Assembly (NCBI RefSeq): GCF_902459465.1
Contig: NC_047071.1
Location: forward strand, 3,100,001-3,164,000
DNA length: 64,000 nt
Direction of reading: 5' to 3'
DNA from: Asterias rubens
Taxonomy: Eukaryota
The notes under the pieces are model-generated. The model did no database searches, was not told the DNA's origin, and was given only the letters and a program-made list of their open reading frames with translations. The position numbers and the translations under genes were made by a program. Positions 24,601 to 38,080 of the stretch are shown one piece after another; position 1 is the first letter of the stretch, and every line of letters begins with the position of its first letter.

Positions 24601-27600
24601 CAGCACGTTTATCCAATGAAATGATTGGGCCTGTAAGACCAGTGCCTGTCTTACGGATAAAGACAGGGGACCAGTCTATAGACAGTAATACCTGAATGAG
24701 CTCTGCTTCCAGTGAATGTACACTTCGGTTGCTCTTGTTGTCTAGAGATGCCGAGATGTAGATAGTCTCACCCGGTAGATATGCTCGCTTGTCGGTACTG
24801 GCACTGACTGACACGGGGCCGGTTGCACAACACAAACAACACACGGTCTTCTCGTCTTCATTGTATACAGGTGCCTGTGAAGATGGAGCAAATCAACAAA
24901 CAAAACCTTGGTTAAAATGCCTCAATGAAAATACATTATGAACTTCATTAAAAAAATGAGGAGTGCATCATATAATCCCACTGACTTGAAAACCTTAACA
25001 AGTAGGCCTATACTGAGAGCATACATAGCCTATATACACATTTTGTTTCTGTTGCATTTGTATTAGTGGATAACCACTGAATTGCAGATAAACCCGGAAA
25101 GCGCAGAAGTCATCTGACCCAGAATTGTTTTAATGTAATACTAAAACACATGGAACTTACTAATGGATTTTGAACTTTATTCAAATCGTAGGGTATTCCC
25201 GAAACGGTGAAAGCCCTTTTCGTGACGTGATCGAAAGTCCATGGACGGTCAATAACGGCTCTGGCCACGTAGCGGGAATAGCCCAAGGTTCCCTCGAACG
25301 AACACGGGAGCTGTCTGGTCGGAAGCTGGAACTGGAACGGCAGAGAGTGCTGTCCGGCCGGTAACTCCAACTTGGTGTCGTCTATGTCACTCCGATCTGT
25401 ACACGAACAAGAAGTACCACGATTGACCAACTGTAGGGTATTATGAATGGGTTAACGCAAATAGTGTTTTCCTATAACCCCTAAATTTAACCCTAATATC
25501 CTAACCCTAGCATGTAAATCACGATGGGGTTGTCGGAACATTGTGACGGAATATAGGGGTGTCGGAATACAGAGAAGTCACCTCAAGAATGAATCAAACT
25601 CGCATTTCAAACCACTAATCATATAGGGAACATAGACCACTTTGGTCCCACGGTTGTTTTAACGCATAAAGAAAACAAACTTGTGCACTTTTTTTAAACG
25701 GGTCCACAAATTCAAATACGCGCGAGACTTGCACCATGTCTATTACTTCCCTTTTCAATTTCTTTATATGAGCGAACTGTAGATTTACAACCAGTTGAGA
25801 TTTACAACCAGTTGATTGGCCAGCAATCTAGTCTTGGTACCCATGTCGTTGGACAAAATGAAAACCGTACAGGAGATTCAACCGAGGCTAAACAACAGAC
25901 TGACATCAGAATTATGATTTGATATTCCAGGCAGGCACTTCGTGCATAAACAGCACCAGACGATTCCATATTGTAATAATTTCATGGCGCCAAAATAATA
26001 TAAAGATTCTCTAAGCGTGTACATCTGACCTTGAATTATACATTTCATTAATTACATCCGGGCTCATTCACTAATTAAACCATCTTGTGCAATTTGCAAG
26101 ATTGTATACCAAGTTATATAGCAACAAAACCATCCACTTATTACAACAAACCATTCTTTGCGATTTGCAAGTAGTAGGCCTATACCCTTTTTAGCCACAC
26201 AGCTGAACGACTCAGACCATCGCGCAGTAATTATGGCTCCCCGCTGACCTTTGTCATGGTTTCAGACCGAGCGGAGATTGAGCACAAATAGAGCGGTCAT
26301 GCAGGCAGATTGGTTGCAGTTAAAGGAGGGTCATAATTCGTGTGCTCAGAACTATACCCGAATTCGATTCAAACATTCGAACATATTGTTGTATAATTTG
26401 AATGTTCAGTGCCTACGCCCGATTTCGCGCGTTTTACCCATTTGAGGTTTTCGGCGTCTACGTGTGTCTTCAGGTGTACCGGTTAAAATGCTTCATCACT
26501 TTTAGATATCACTCGGTTCCATTACCATAAAGACATAAACAAAGTCTAAATGTAGTGTTCCCGGAAGAAGAAAACACAAACAAGATTACTGACATTCTGA
26601 AAGCCGGATGGGCGTTTTCATAAAGTAAATAACTCAAGATTACAGCAAGAAGCTCGTCTTCCCAAAGAAAAATTGCGCGAGGCTTTTACGATATCGTTAT
26701 TGTAAGATAAGTCATCTGAGATATACAAAGACATATTTTAAGGATACCATCAACCCGAGGAGAAAAAATCTAAAGCAGACGCTGAGAGTATTCTATGGTA
26801 AATCACGTTCGGATCGTTAATAGGACCGTGCCGCTAAAAAATGAGACAATTTACAGGCACGCGGTTCCAGACAATCTCCACGAAAAAAATGTCATTCGCA
26901 TTTTTTTTTTATCGTAAGACATTGTTCGAAATTAGAGTTATAATTCAGAGTGGAGTAGTAACTGTTTGAAAGCCATTTTTGTTAAATTTGCATAAAATAA
27001 ACTGGTTGAGAGATATAGGCTGTTGAATTGTACCTTTGCCCCAGATGGTGATGTAATGGTCGAAATAGTCCTCGCCGGCTACGTACAGCACCGTCACTTT
27101 AGATTTACCACGTGACTCTATCTCAGTCCACGTCACAACAGCCCTGCCCTTCCAGTGCATGTAGATTCCTAAAATATGAGTAAAACAGATAAAGTCTATT
27201 ATCACGGGTGTATCTGTAACATAAAACATGTTCGCAAGGATAATCGAAGTGTGACGTCAAAAGTTCAGACGAAATATAACCTAACAATGGATGCGTTCGT
27301 TTAGCTTCCCTGGGTCGACCCCGGTGTGTGGTGTTTTTTTCCCCCAGGGCCAACGTGGGTAATTATCTGCACACGTTCGTCCTGGGAAAAAACCGCCACA
27401 CACCGGGGTCGACCCAGGGAAACTAAAGGAACGCACTAAATGTGGGACTTTCCAAGTCTGCTGCCACCTAGCGTTCCAATGTCTCACATTCAAAAGTAAG
27501 GTGCTATCAAGATCATAGCGCACATAATACAGATAAACATGGATAGAGGTCAGTCGTGTGAGCTTTACTAAACAGAGATAAATCCCCGAATGACAGGAGG

Positions 27601-30600
27601 AAGATTGTCTAAATCATTGGTCTGTATACACTGTATACTTTTTGACCCAGACAAAAAGGGACTAAAATGTGCATATTTATTTCTGTAATTCCAGCCAGGA
27701 ATGGGGGAGAATGTGACCACCCCCCCCCCAAAAAAAACGACACTGCAATATGTTTTCCCCTGGTGCTGTGATTGGCTCTTTCCGTCAGGTTACGTCATAA
27801 CGAAATTGGCCTGCTCTTCCACCAACTCATTGCAATGTCGTTTTGGAAAAAAAACCGCCACCTCCAGCAATGGCATTCACATTAATATTATTTATTTCTG
27901 GAGATCGAGGAAGAATGAGACCAACTCCCTGCATCCTCACTCGCCTCCTAGTCCCCCGGTTCTCTCTCCTGCCTTGCCGCGCCCCTTCCATCCACATGAA
28001 CCCCCTCCTCCCCTCACCCCCATGAGCTTCGCCAAGCGACTTGCCCTCTTTTCTCCCCATCAAATCAAACCTTGCACTCGATCCATTGACTGTAACTTTT
28101 CAGCATCAAGACCCCAGGATTCAATGACAAGTTTATTATCCCTGATAATAAAGTGACACAGTTCTACTGCACCTCGAGCGGATGTGCCTTCAAAAATAGA
28201 ATAACAGGAGCTAATGATACACATTAGTTGCCTTCCCACTATAATACATTCTCAATGCATATCCCGCTGGGCTTCATTTGCCATCGTACTTTCTATATGG
28301 ATAAAATGATTATGAATTGGAAGCCTAGGAGCAGATGCATTTTAAATTTAAAATCTGTATGTAGGGCAAGATTTGCCATGCTGTGCAGACGATAATTATA
28401 ATCACTGTAGGTTTATCGCGGTAAATCATTATACAAAAAGAAAAGGTCTTCTGTCTTTGGTTTGACTCGATGGTTAGGTTGTATCGGGATGCTAGACTGT
28501 GATGAAAAGGTACCGTCAAAAGAAAAGCCGTGTTATGACAACGTTTAAACAAATAGTGATACCTTGACGTCGTCACTATATTCTCGGTACTGGCAGATCA
28601 TTAAAAATGTGACTTTTATGTGAATAACTGTTGAACCTCACTTTACAGAACCAGCTTCACTCAACGGGGCATAGCGTAATTGATTAGTCTTAAAGGAACA
28701 CGTTTGCCTTGGATCGAACGAGTTGGTCTATAAAAAGCGTTTGTAATCGTTTCTTATAAAATGCATATGGTTGGAAAGATGTTCCTTTTATTACTGTGCG
28801 AACTAACACGGTCGGCCATTTATTAGAGTAAAAATTTTGACTCCCATAAATGGCCGACCGTGTTAGTCGACGAGGTAAAAGGAACACCGTGCAGTTTAGA
28901 GGCATGTTTGTGTGGATCGTTGTATTCTACTTTTACAACATCTTTTATCTACCCATATGCAACATCTTTCTTCTACCCATATGCATTTTATAAAAAAACA
29001 GTTTCAAACTCGTTTCAAAGACCAACTTGACCGATCCAAGGCAACGTGTTCCTATAATGTAAATTTGTGGCAAACTGGAAAAAAGTAGATTTTTGTTTTC
29101 TTTTAAAAAAAACTACAAAAGACCTTTTAGCAAATTCTTTCTAAAACATATATAATATTAATTGGTACTCGACTGTCAAACTGTACCTTTTCTATATCTT
29201 TCTAAATTTGATTTTGTCTGACCAATAGGAACAAGCCTTTTTTCTTCACTGTTTTTTTCTACATGAACTTTTGCATGTTTCCATTTGCTTTATTATTGTC
29301 CATGAATTGATGTAAAATGTTAATATGGAATGTTGTCAGTGTGAAATAAATTGTTCGTCTATTTATCTTTTTAGATCTGTTTTAATAATGGGATAAACAT
29401 ATTATCTAAGAATCATGATGAGAAAATAACATTGTATACATGTAGACAGAAATGCGATGTTGAATTCTGAATCCTGAATCTACAATCTTGGAATTATGTT
29501 CAAACATGGAACATGTGGCACGAGTAACTAATACAATCACGATGTAGTCTTTGTACAAGTCGTTACTTTGAGCACATAATGATTCCCAGGGTTTTGTATC
29601 CATCAATACTGTACTCTATCAGTTAACCACAGGTCACTGTTAGTTCAGGTATATCATATTATTTTATTTGAGAACAAATTATTACATCAAAAAGCATGGT
29701 CATAGCCGGAGGCTCTTCTCGGAAACCTGGTGTGACTATTATCGGTACAAGGTAAAGAGATTGATCCTGATACAGTAATCATGTTGGTCAATTGCGGTGG
29801 CTCTTAGGAGATATCAATAACTCATCAACGTCGGATAGTAAAACATAGCTGTTTAGTTGCAGCCTGAATGCTTATTTATTATGAAATTCAGACTGGAACC
29901 ATTTTGTCTGTGAAATATTTCCCTCTGAAATGAAGTCATATTCAAGAAAAATGTATCTGAAGACAGAAAACTGAAAACGCAACAGCTGATTTCGGTTGGT
30001 TTTAAAAATGTTGTAAGAATGTTAATTTTTGCACTACTTTCTCGCGACTCATATAATTGCTACTGGTTTTTTATGACTTAAGGTTGATCACACAAAACAT
30101 TTACACTGTATTACAGTGTCAGCGACTATTTGCCGGCTCGACCAATCCTGAATAATATACCTTTTGAAGTAGTATTTTAGATTAAAGACGTGTCATTTTC
30201 CCGCAATCGTTTGATGTCAATAACCCCACCATAACTTCCACAATATGGTTTAGCAATTATTTTGTAAAGTGTGACCTCAATCTTATAATTGCGCTATGGC
30301 TCATTGCGCTAATTGCGTATTATTGCGCTAATTGCGCAATGTAGCCTACAAGAGTTAAGTAAATTTACGTGAGTGCAAATAATCGTTATAATTGCGCTAT
30401 AACTCACTGCGTTAATTGCACAATTTACAAGAACTAAGAAGGTATACATGGCATTTAATGAGTGTAGTGACAATTGTTAATTGTACCGTTATATTCCATG
30501 GGAAATGAATCCCCGAGCAGTTTGCCATTTCGCTCCAGCCTTTAATTTGATGATCAACCGTCGTGCACTATAGGCTGTCATCACGTCTGGAAGAATGGTA

Positions 30601-33600
30601 AGATTTGAGTAAATACGGCATAAATTAACCCTAACCTGAAAAGTATAGACGCACCAGTCTGTTCTGCCGTTTTAATATCGTTTTTTTTTTAAATCTTATA
30701 ATGGTTAACATTTCTTACTGAAGTAAAAGTAATGAACTACAGGGGAACTAACTTGTTAACTCTAATTAATATGGGTTGGGCAACAAAGAAAAAATGACTA
30801 TAGAACGAGATGTGAACATGCGACATCCAGTTCTGTTTGGATCTTTTATTTATAGTATTGTGAAATGTGACTCATAATGAAATATGAACACTGGCCCCTA
30901 AGAAATAATTTTTTTTTCTGAAACATTGTATTTTAAGTGCCCCCACCCTGAGGTGAACATTAAAAACCCTGCTAAACATTGACCGTTTTCGTATAGTTTT
31001 CACTATGAACGGGGATCGAATATTTGGATGGCGTTAGTTTTAAAAGATTTGGTGGATGTGATTTTAGCGAGAGCTGGAAGATAAACATTGTTTACCCCGT
31101 TAAATTTGATTAGTAAAATATAGCAAGTTGAAATATTTTTTCATCTAACATGTTCATTCATCTCAGATCCCTCTTTCCTAAATATTTAATTTGCTGCACT
31201 GTCTTCATGATAATTACTAAACGTTATTCAGGTCAAGCTATATACCAAGCCATTCTGCCAGGGACGACCTTTGGTATTTTAACTAATCTCCGTGTTGCCT
31301 AATGGCAAAATGAGGAAGACTCATCAAACGCCTACGGGATATATGAGTTCACACAGTCTACTTTCAATGGACCGATCCGGCCTGTCAATCAAACTGTGCG
31401 CGTTCACCCATTTGACCAATCACAGCAATGATTGTGGTGGGACAAACTCGGTCATGCGTGCGCGTATATGGGCACGCGCGGCAGAATCGTGCAGAATGTC
31501 ATTGGGAGTGCTCGTACACGTGTCTTGCTCACGTGCGCGGTGGGCGGAGCTTAGCGGAAAGACGGAACGGTCCATTAACCCCCGGGTAGAATTGCCCTTG
31601 GTTTGGTTCTCAGGGGGTCAGACTTATGTCTTGGTCAGCATATTTATTTTGTATTGCTTCTCATTGGACTGTTCTGCTATCTTTTCGCCAATTATATGAA
31701 CGCGTTGTATTTCCTCTGATCTTGTGCCAGAGTAGCTGTCGTGTCTTACGTCTGTCTGTCCTTTTGTTTGCATGTCGGTCCGTTTGTTTTGTTTCTTTGT
31801 TTGTCTGTCTGGCTGTTTTTTACAAGCTTCTGCTTCGCAAAACATACTAAATTTTTACATTTATTCTGTTTTTGTTGTTGCTTTATTCCATGTACTTGTC
31901 GATATTTTTCATGGAAGTATGGAAATAAATGTGTAATTGAATCGAATTGAATTGAATTGAAAGCATAAAAATGTTTGGAACACTTGAATCGGAATATACA
32001 GAGTCAAGCGCACACTAATCATAAATTATGGTAACCATTCAGATAGTTTTGTCTATTCGCAGACATTAAACTGGTAGGCAATGTTTTGTGTATTTGTGTC
32101 CTTTTCACTGATGCATGCTAGGGTGGAAGCTTCAGAAAAGGTGTTTATTTTCACAATTCCAAGTCATAGAATTGCATCACTGAGCTCCAATCACAATAAT
32201 GGGGTATACCGATTGTCATTTCACCAAAAGGATACCCGACTATTTTTTTTCCTTGCAGCCTCGGTATCTATACGTTGGTTTGAGCGGGTAGGACAAAACA
32301 GGGTTCGCCATGATAAAGGTCAGTTGATTTAAACCGTGGTTTTATGTGTGCCCTCCATTGGCCTCTAATGACCGTGGAGTCAATTTGAACTTACCTTTTA
32401 TCTATGGGAATTCTAAATTTGATAATCGCTCTAAATGCTTTCCAAATACTCACGTGAAGGTTTCGATTTTACTTAAGTAGGATTTCCTGAGCTACAGTGT
32501 GCACCGTTAAGCGTCTTAAGACTGAGGTAATGGACTTTGGGGTTTGACGATCGAAACGCATCATCGGAGCACTTAATGAAGATTGAGCGAAAGGGTTGTG
32601 ATGAGTATCGCGGTTTGTACAAAACTACAGCATGAAACATGTCTGCTCCAACGTTGGTAAAAGGGCAGGCCAGATGCATATTCGTGGGATTGAATCAAAA
32701 CAAAATGAATCGTTCAGATTATGGGTGTACGGACGCGTATGTTGTTAAGCACAATCACAAAACAAACCCGATTTGACAAGCCACTGTCACTTATACAAAG
32801 TAAGACTATCGAACATTACCACATATTTTTTTTAAAGAACGCTCCTACACTCTAGAAAAAACACCCAAACAAACAAATAGACAAACAAACAAGTCAATAA
32901 ACACCGAAGACCTGCAAACAAACAAACAAACAAACAAATCATAAACAAACATTCAAACAAAACCCAACACCGCCATGTACTGATAACACTGGTAGCACGT
33001 GTATATAGCAAATATTTCAAATTATCAAATCGTTATAACGGTTTGTGTTAAACTCATAACACCAAACAAAATGTTTAAACTTTTAAAACTCTATGTTAAA
33101 GGGCACGTGTACTTTATCTTAGTTCAAAGACAGGAAGCCGTTTGGCAAATACAAACTATATTTGGGCATGCGATCTTCTTTAAATTTACATTTATATTAT
33201 TGTTTGCGGCCTTGTAAGTAAATGCAGGTATCACGGCTATATTCATTGCCTTGGATAATGTAGACAATGCCTCAGGTTCAAACACGTTTTTGGAGTCTTG
33301 TTCCATTGTGTAAAATACCCCACAAGGGGGAAGGTGTAAGCCTATTGCTAAATACACATGAAAACAAAATGGCGGCAAACGTTAACATTGTGCCTTCCAG
33401 AACTAGAGGGAAGTATGTATACGGTGAAACAAACAACACGCGACTTATTAAGGGGTGAAGAGTCGAGAGCTCTCCTCGCTATCTTTACTTTGAATCAAGA
33501 TAAGAAATATCACTCAAATTTTTTCTGATGCATACCGTGTTTGAACCGAGAGAATGTTGACAAAACATTGCTGTATTTTGCAAACTGCCTCTTTGTGAAA

Positions 33601-36600
33601 TTGATATGTCAATACGAGACGCAGTATCACTTGCTCAAGATATTACACAGAAATGAGAAACGTCCCCAGGTCAATTCTTTACATTCCTGTTTGGATTAAC
33701 TCAAATCTACCTCGTACTCATCCCCTCGAGGGATGAATGCATTTTGTCAAAACAAATTATCGCGATCAAACTTAATATCGCTTTGTCTTTCTATAGAAAT
33801 ATGAAAATGTCAATCAAGTCTGAATTAAAGGGTGCCTATATCGAAGTAAATTAAAGGGGCTATGTTGTCATAATCAAAGCATGCCTGTGGCTTGTACATA
33901 AAATTATGGACCTTTCCTCAGCGCCCCCTCCCTCTCAAATCTGTGGATAACGCCTATAAGGTCCTCCATTTTGGGAGTCAAAATCGTACACAAACATTAT
34001 GCCAATGAAGAAGATTTGACTCTAAAAATTATGATAGACGCGCATTGTTTGCGAAATAGTGTAGTAGTCCAGTGAAATTCCTATTTTCAGGCCAGATAGA
34101 TGACGCTTTTTGAGAGTGTGACGTCATTTACATAATTCCTTGTACAGCCATAGGCCTGCTTCGATCTTGGCGACAAAGCCCTTTAAAACGGACAGTGCAG
34201 AACATTGTTGTTCTGTTTGATTTCAAAAATTACATCATGGAAATGTCACTGCTCACGTTTCCGGTCACATGATAAGATTTTCTGTTTTCGACATGGGAAG
34301 CTTATGTGCTAAGTAACAGTGCAATTTTGTTTCTGTCCCTCAAAAGAAACTCGTGAACCTGAGCCCCCCCCCCCTCCTTTGAATGTAGAAATGACCCAGT
34401 TTAGGATATCAATGAATATGACCTCTTATAGGGCACTACCCTTTACAGAAATTGATTAATTAATCATTAGGAGATTGATTAATACAAGGGGGTGCATTTT
34501 GTATGTTTGTAAAGCTAACTTGTTTTAGGCACGAGGGTTTATCTTTTCATTATACAATAACTATGTCAGCTCCCCCCCCCCCCCCTCCAGACGGGACGAT
34601 TTGTAGTCCTGCCATTACCAAGTACATGACAGAGACAAACAGCGACGTCAATTATTATCCGGTACAGGTGCGATACTTCATGCCACCGGGGTTGCATTGC
34701 GTTGATTCCCTTGGTGCCCCTAGTGCCCTCTCGCTGTCAGGTTTTTCGATTCAATTGAATTTTTTTATTTCCATACAGTCACACTACAGACAAAGAAGTA
34801 CAATACTTGATGATATTGCATGCAATAAAGAGTTATTATAGGCTTGAAAGGGCAAAGAAAGGAAACAGTATTATGGATGCTGATTTGATAGCCGAGATTT
34901 GTGTGATCAGCACTTCAACAAGTCACGGTTTTCCAATTCAATTTACATTTACTTCCACAGTCACAAACAAAGTTGTATAGTACGAGGTAATCCTGAACAT
35001 AAAAGACTGAGTATTACAGGCTTGCAAAAGCAAAGAAATTTGAACATTATGGAGGCTGATTTGATGAGCCGAGGCTTGTAGTAATTCGGACATGTGGACG
35101 GACAGAGAGACAAGAAAAACGGACAAACATCAGACAAGACAAAACGGATTAACAGAGACAGTGGAGGTTAATTTAGCAAAGTCGCATCCTAACAGAGTCA
35201 CCCCCAGGGTCATATGTAACTTAGCTCTCTTTCAATTGACTGAAGTACATCATGATCATCCCAAAATTGTAAGTCACCCCTTACCAAGTCACCCCTCCTA
35301 CAAAGTCGCTCCCTGACAAAGTCGCCCCCTTACAAAGTCACCCCCTTACAGAGTCGCCACGTATAAATCACCCCCACCCGTTTGGGAAATCCTGGTTCCG
35401 CCCCTGGATAGGGATGATGGATATTTTGAAGGAGGCTTTAAAAAGGAAGTTAACCGCTGCAATTTTATGCACCATCTTACAATTACGAAAGAGGAATAAG
35501 TCAATTGAAGATTTATTGATTGTTAAACCCCTGCAAAAAAGGGCTACAACTAAATGGTTTACGTTGATTTTAGGGGTAGAAAACCTTAGACCCCGCCATG
35601 TTAAACAGCTACCTGAGCGGAATGTTTTCAACGGAAATGGTATTGTAACTTGTTTATAATGCACTTGTTCACCATTTCAATGTAATTTTGATATGTGCAC
35701 ACTTCTGAATTTTTCGTAATTATCGACTAAAAAATCAGGCCCCAACCTAAAGGTTTTGGAAAAACTAAAAACACTTCTGCCGTTGAGAGCGCGCGTCAAA
35801 GGACAATGCTGACGTCATCTCTGGGAGCTTGCTTTGTTATGCCTCCACGCTGCAACAAAGCGGCTTTACAAATTGGAGCTCCCAGAGATGACGTTTTGAG
35901 AGTGATTACGTAACAGGGCTTTTCGCAAATCTCTCAGAAAAGCACTGGATAAGGGCACTCAAAATGATTGTTTTTTTACACAATTGAAATCTTTTTATAG
36001 TCATATGACTGAATTTCAGCAAAGTTTACGACTTGACATTGGGTAGTAGATACAACGTGCCCTTCTAATAATAAAAAATATACCCTTAGAAAACACAGGT
36101 CAATACGGGTAATATTACACGTTAGAGAACTATTAATTTGAACCGAGGTTTTTTTTTATGGCCATTTATTTTAATTGCTCGATAGATCCAGTAGTAGGGA
36201 TTCCATCTATGCAGTACAAGCTGGTGTCCTTGCACTGTTAAATTAAAACAACCGTTGGCTGATAGCAAACCGTGTAGATATTTTTCACAAATATTTTGTT
36301 TATAATATAAGAGACATCGTGTAGTGTAGGCCATTAAAAAAATACATGCGCATGAGCATTGTTTTATATAATGGAACTCGGACGGATTCGAACAGATGGT
36401 ACTGCTTCTAAACATCAAAACATATTCCGATCAAGCTAACCGCCATTTTCGCCATGCCAACATGTTTGGAATAACATTAAAGGGAAGGTACACGTTTGGT
36501 AATTGTCAGAGACCAGTCTTCTCACTTGGTGTATCCCATCATACGCATAAATAACAAGCCTGTGAAAATTTGGGCTCAATCGGTCATCGAAGTTGCGAGA

Positions 36601-38080
36601 AAATGATGAAAGAAAAACACCCTTGTTGGACGAATTTGTGTGCTTTCAGATAAGAATTAAAGACTTCTAGCTAGAAGTATTTTATTATTTTGGTGAGAAA
36701 TTACCTCTTTCTCAAAAACTACATTACTTCAGAGGGAGTCGTTTCCCATAATGTTTTATGCTATCAACAGCTCTCCAATGCTCGTTACCAAGTCAGTTTT
36801 TAAGTTAATATTTGTTTTGAGTAATTACCAAACGTGTACCTTCCCTATAATTTTATGAATGCTGGTTTTTATTTCACCAAACGAGAGGGAGATTTGTTCA
36901 AGTGACCTCAGCTTGGTAAATACGTTGATTTAAATGGGGGAAACGAACAGCTACATGTACAGCACCTGTTCTTCCATCTGATAGAACAACAGTAGGTCCT
37001 CTAGAACAAAATGGAATCCATTACTGTTCAAGTGCTTTTCCCAACATCTCGTTCTTCTATTGACACACATACATTTATTTCGCTGCCACTAAAAGGCACC
37101 CCACGCGTGTTGGTTTTGCAGTTGATGTGTTAAAGGAACACGTTGCCTTGGATCGGTCGAGTTGGTCTTTGAAAAGCGTTCTGTAACCGTTTGTTGTAAA
37201 ATGTATATGGTCGGAAAGATATTGCTTAAGTAGAATACAATGCTCTACACAAATATGCCTCGAAATTGCGTGGTTTTCTTTTTACCCTGTCGATTAACAC
37301 GGTCGGCCATTTATGGGAGTCAAAATGTTGACCCCCATAAATGGCCGACCGTGATAGTTCGCGACGGAAAAGGAAAACCGTGCAATTTCGTGTGGATCAT
37401 TATCTCAAACAAAATTGTATATAAAAAATACCTACACAAATTTTGGTTCTGATCCCCCTCTTAGATAGTGGGATGGTCCAGGCTAGGATATCAATACCCC
37501 CATGCTCCTCGAAGCGATAGGCCAACTTTGTTTAGATACTTTTCCCGTCAAGGTGCATTGAGGAAGGAGGGAACATAAGCAAATTCCCCTTGACTGGATT
37601 TGAATTCCAAGATGGCTACAGCCAATCTATCTATTATTGCTCTCATTACAAATATTGGTTTTACGGTCTTTGAAATTGCTCAAATCTTGAAATTGTGGTT
37701 AAGTTACTATGAGTTACTATACGACCAATTATATTATAGTCATTGTGAAATGAGCGGTTAGCTTAGGGAATTCAAACCCACAACCTTGTACCACATGTTT
37801 CTTCTCTACACTTGTTCTTGTAAAATCAGCGATTAGCTTTGGGGTATTCAAACCAACAACCCTGTACAAACAATGTTTCTCTGCATCAATATTCTCCATG
37901 CTCTATAGCACAGAGTGGAAAATGCATCAAATTGGTTTCAACGCCGCACTGTTTATACATACCTCTGAATTGCTTAGTTTCCTGTAGTTCCAGACGGACC
38001 TGGCCGCGAATAACATCTCCTGAATTATACACTTCTCTGTCTCCATCGAACTGAATCTGGAATGCACTCACTTTCCCCAT
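21621..38080 (-). CDS. ARRDC3-like: Alpha-arrestin / arrestin domain-containing protein (ARRDC2/3/4/TXNIP family), 391 aa
   Basis: Exons 38080-37963, 27168-27034, 25396-25161, 24874-24692, 22968-22768, 22562-22436 and 21796-21621 total 1176 nt, all GT-AG and phase-consistent. Motifs: MGKVSAFQIQFDGDREVYNSGDVIRGQV, RGIYMHWKGRAVVTW, LPAGQHSLPFQFQLP..LPCSFEG..RY...IDRPWTFD, CCLCCATGPV, YLPGETI, IPPLPP, IIIGTIPL, and C-terminal PPPSY (PPxY). Confidence 0.95.
23400..23650 (-). pseudogene. Decayed partial duplicate of ARRDC exon 5 plus its upstream intron
   Basis: gcggtatccaggcgatatacaccatcctgccttgtataat...actgactataaacagtgagaa aligns with 22917-22990 acggtacccaggcgaccctacaccatcccgccttgcataat...accgactattaaagagtgagaa. 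It has a 1-bp deletion and a downstream in-frame stop. Confidence 0.75.
27293..27434. mobile_element. Small hairpin-like MITE in ARRDC intron 1
   Basis: gcgttcgtttagcttccctgggtcgaccccggtgtg ... cacaccggggtcgacccagggaaactaaaggaacgc. Confidence 0.85.
28690..29057. mobile_element. Kolobok/T2-type MITE, family 2 (copies at 37130-37420 and 42802-43097, fragment at 63520-63670)
   Basis: TIR ttaaaggaacacgtt(t)gccttggatcg..gagttggtct ... agaccaacttgaccgatccaaggcaacgtgttcc, with a shared interior across copies. Confidence 0.85.
31410..31550. promoter_or_regulatory. Candidate intronic enhancer (CCAAT, tandem E-boxes, GC box)
   Basis: gaccaatca at about 31414, CACGTG at 31517-31522 and 31530-31535, gggcggag at 31542-31549, all in a CpG-rich island within an AT-rich intron. 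Confidence 0.45.
35269..35358. repeat. 16-bp minisatellite, about 6 units
   Basis: aaagtcacccccttac-like units in tandem. Confidence 0.85.
36477..36850 (+). mobile_element. Kolobok/T2-type MITE, family 1
   Basis: ttaaagggaaggtacacgtttggtaatt ... aattaccaaacgtgtaccttccctataa; the internal sequence matches the 13047-13426 copy. Confidence 0.85.
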
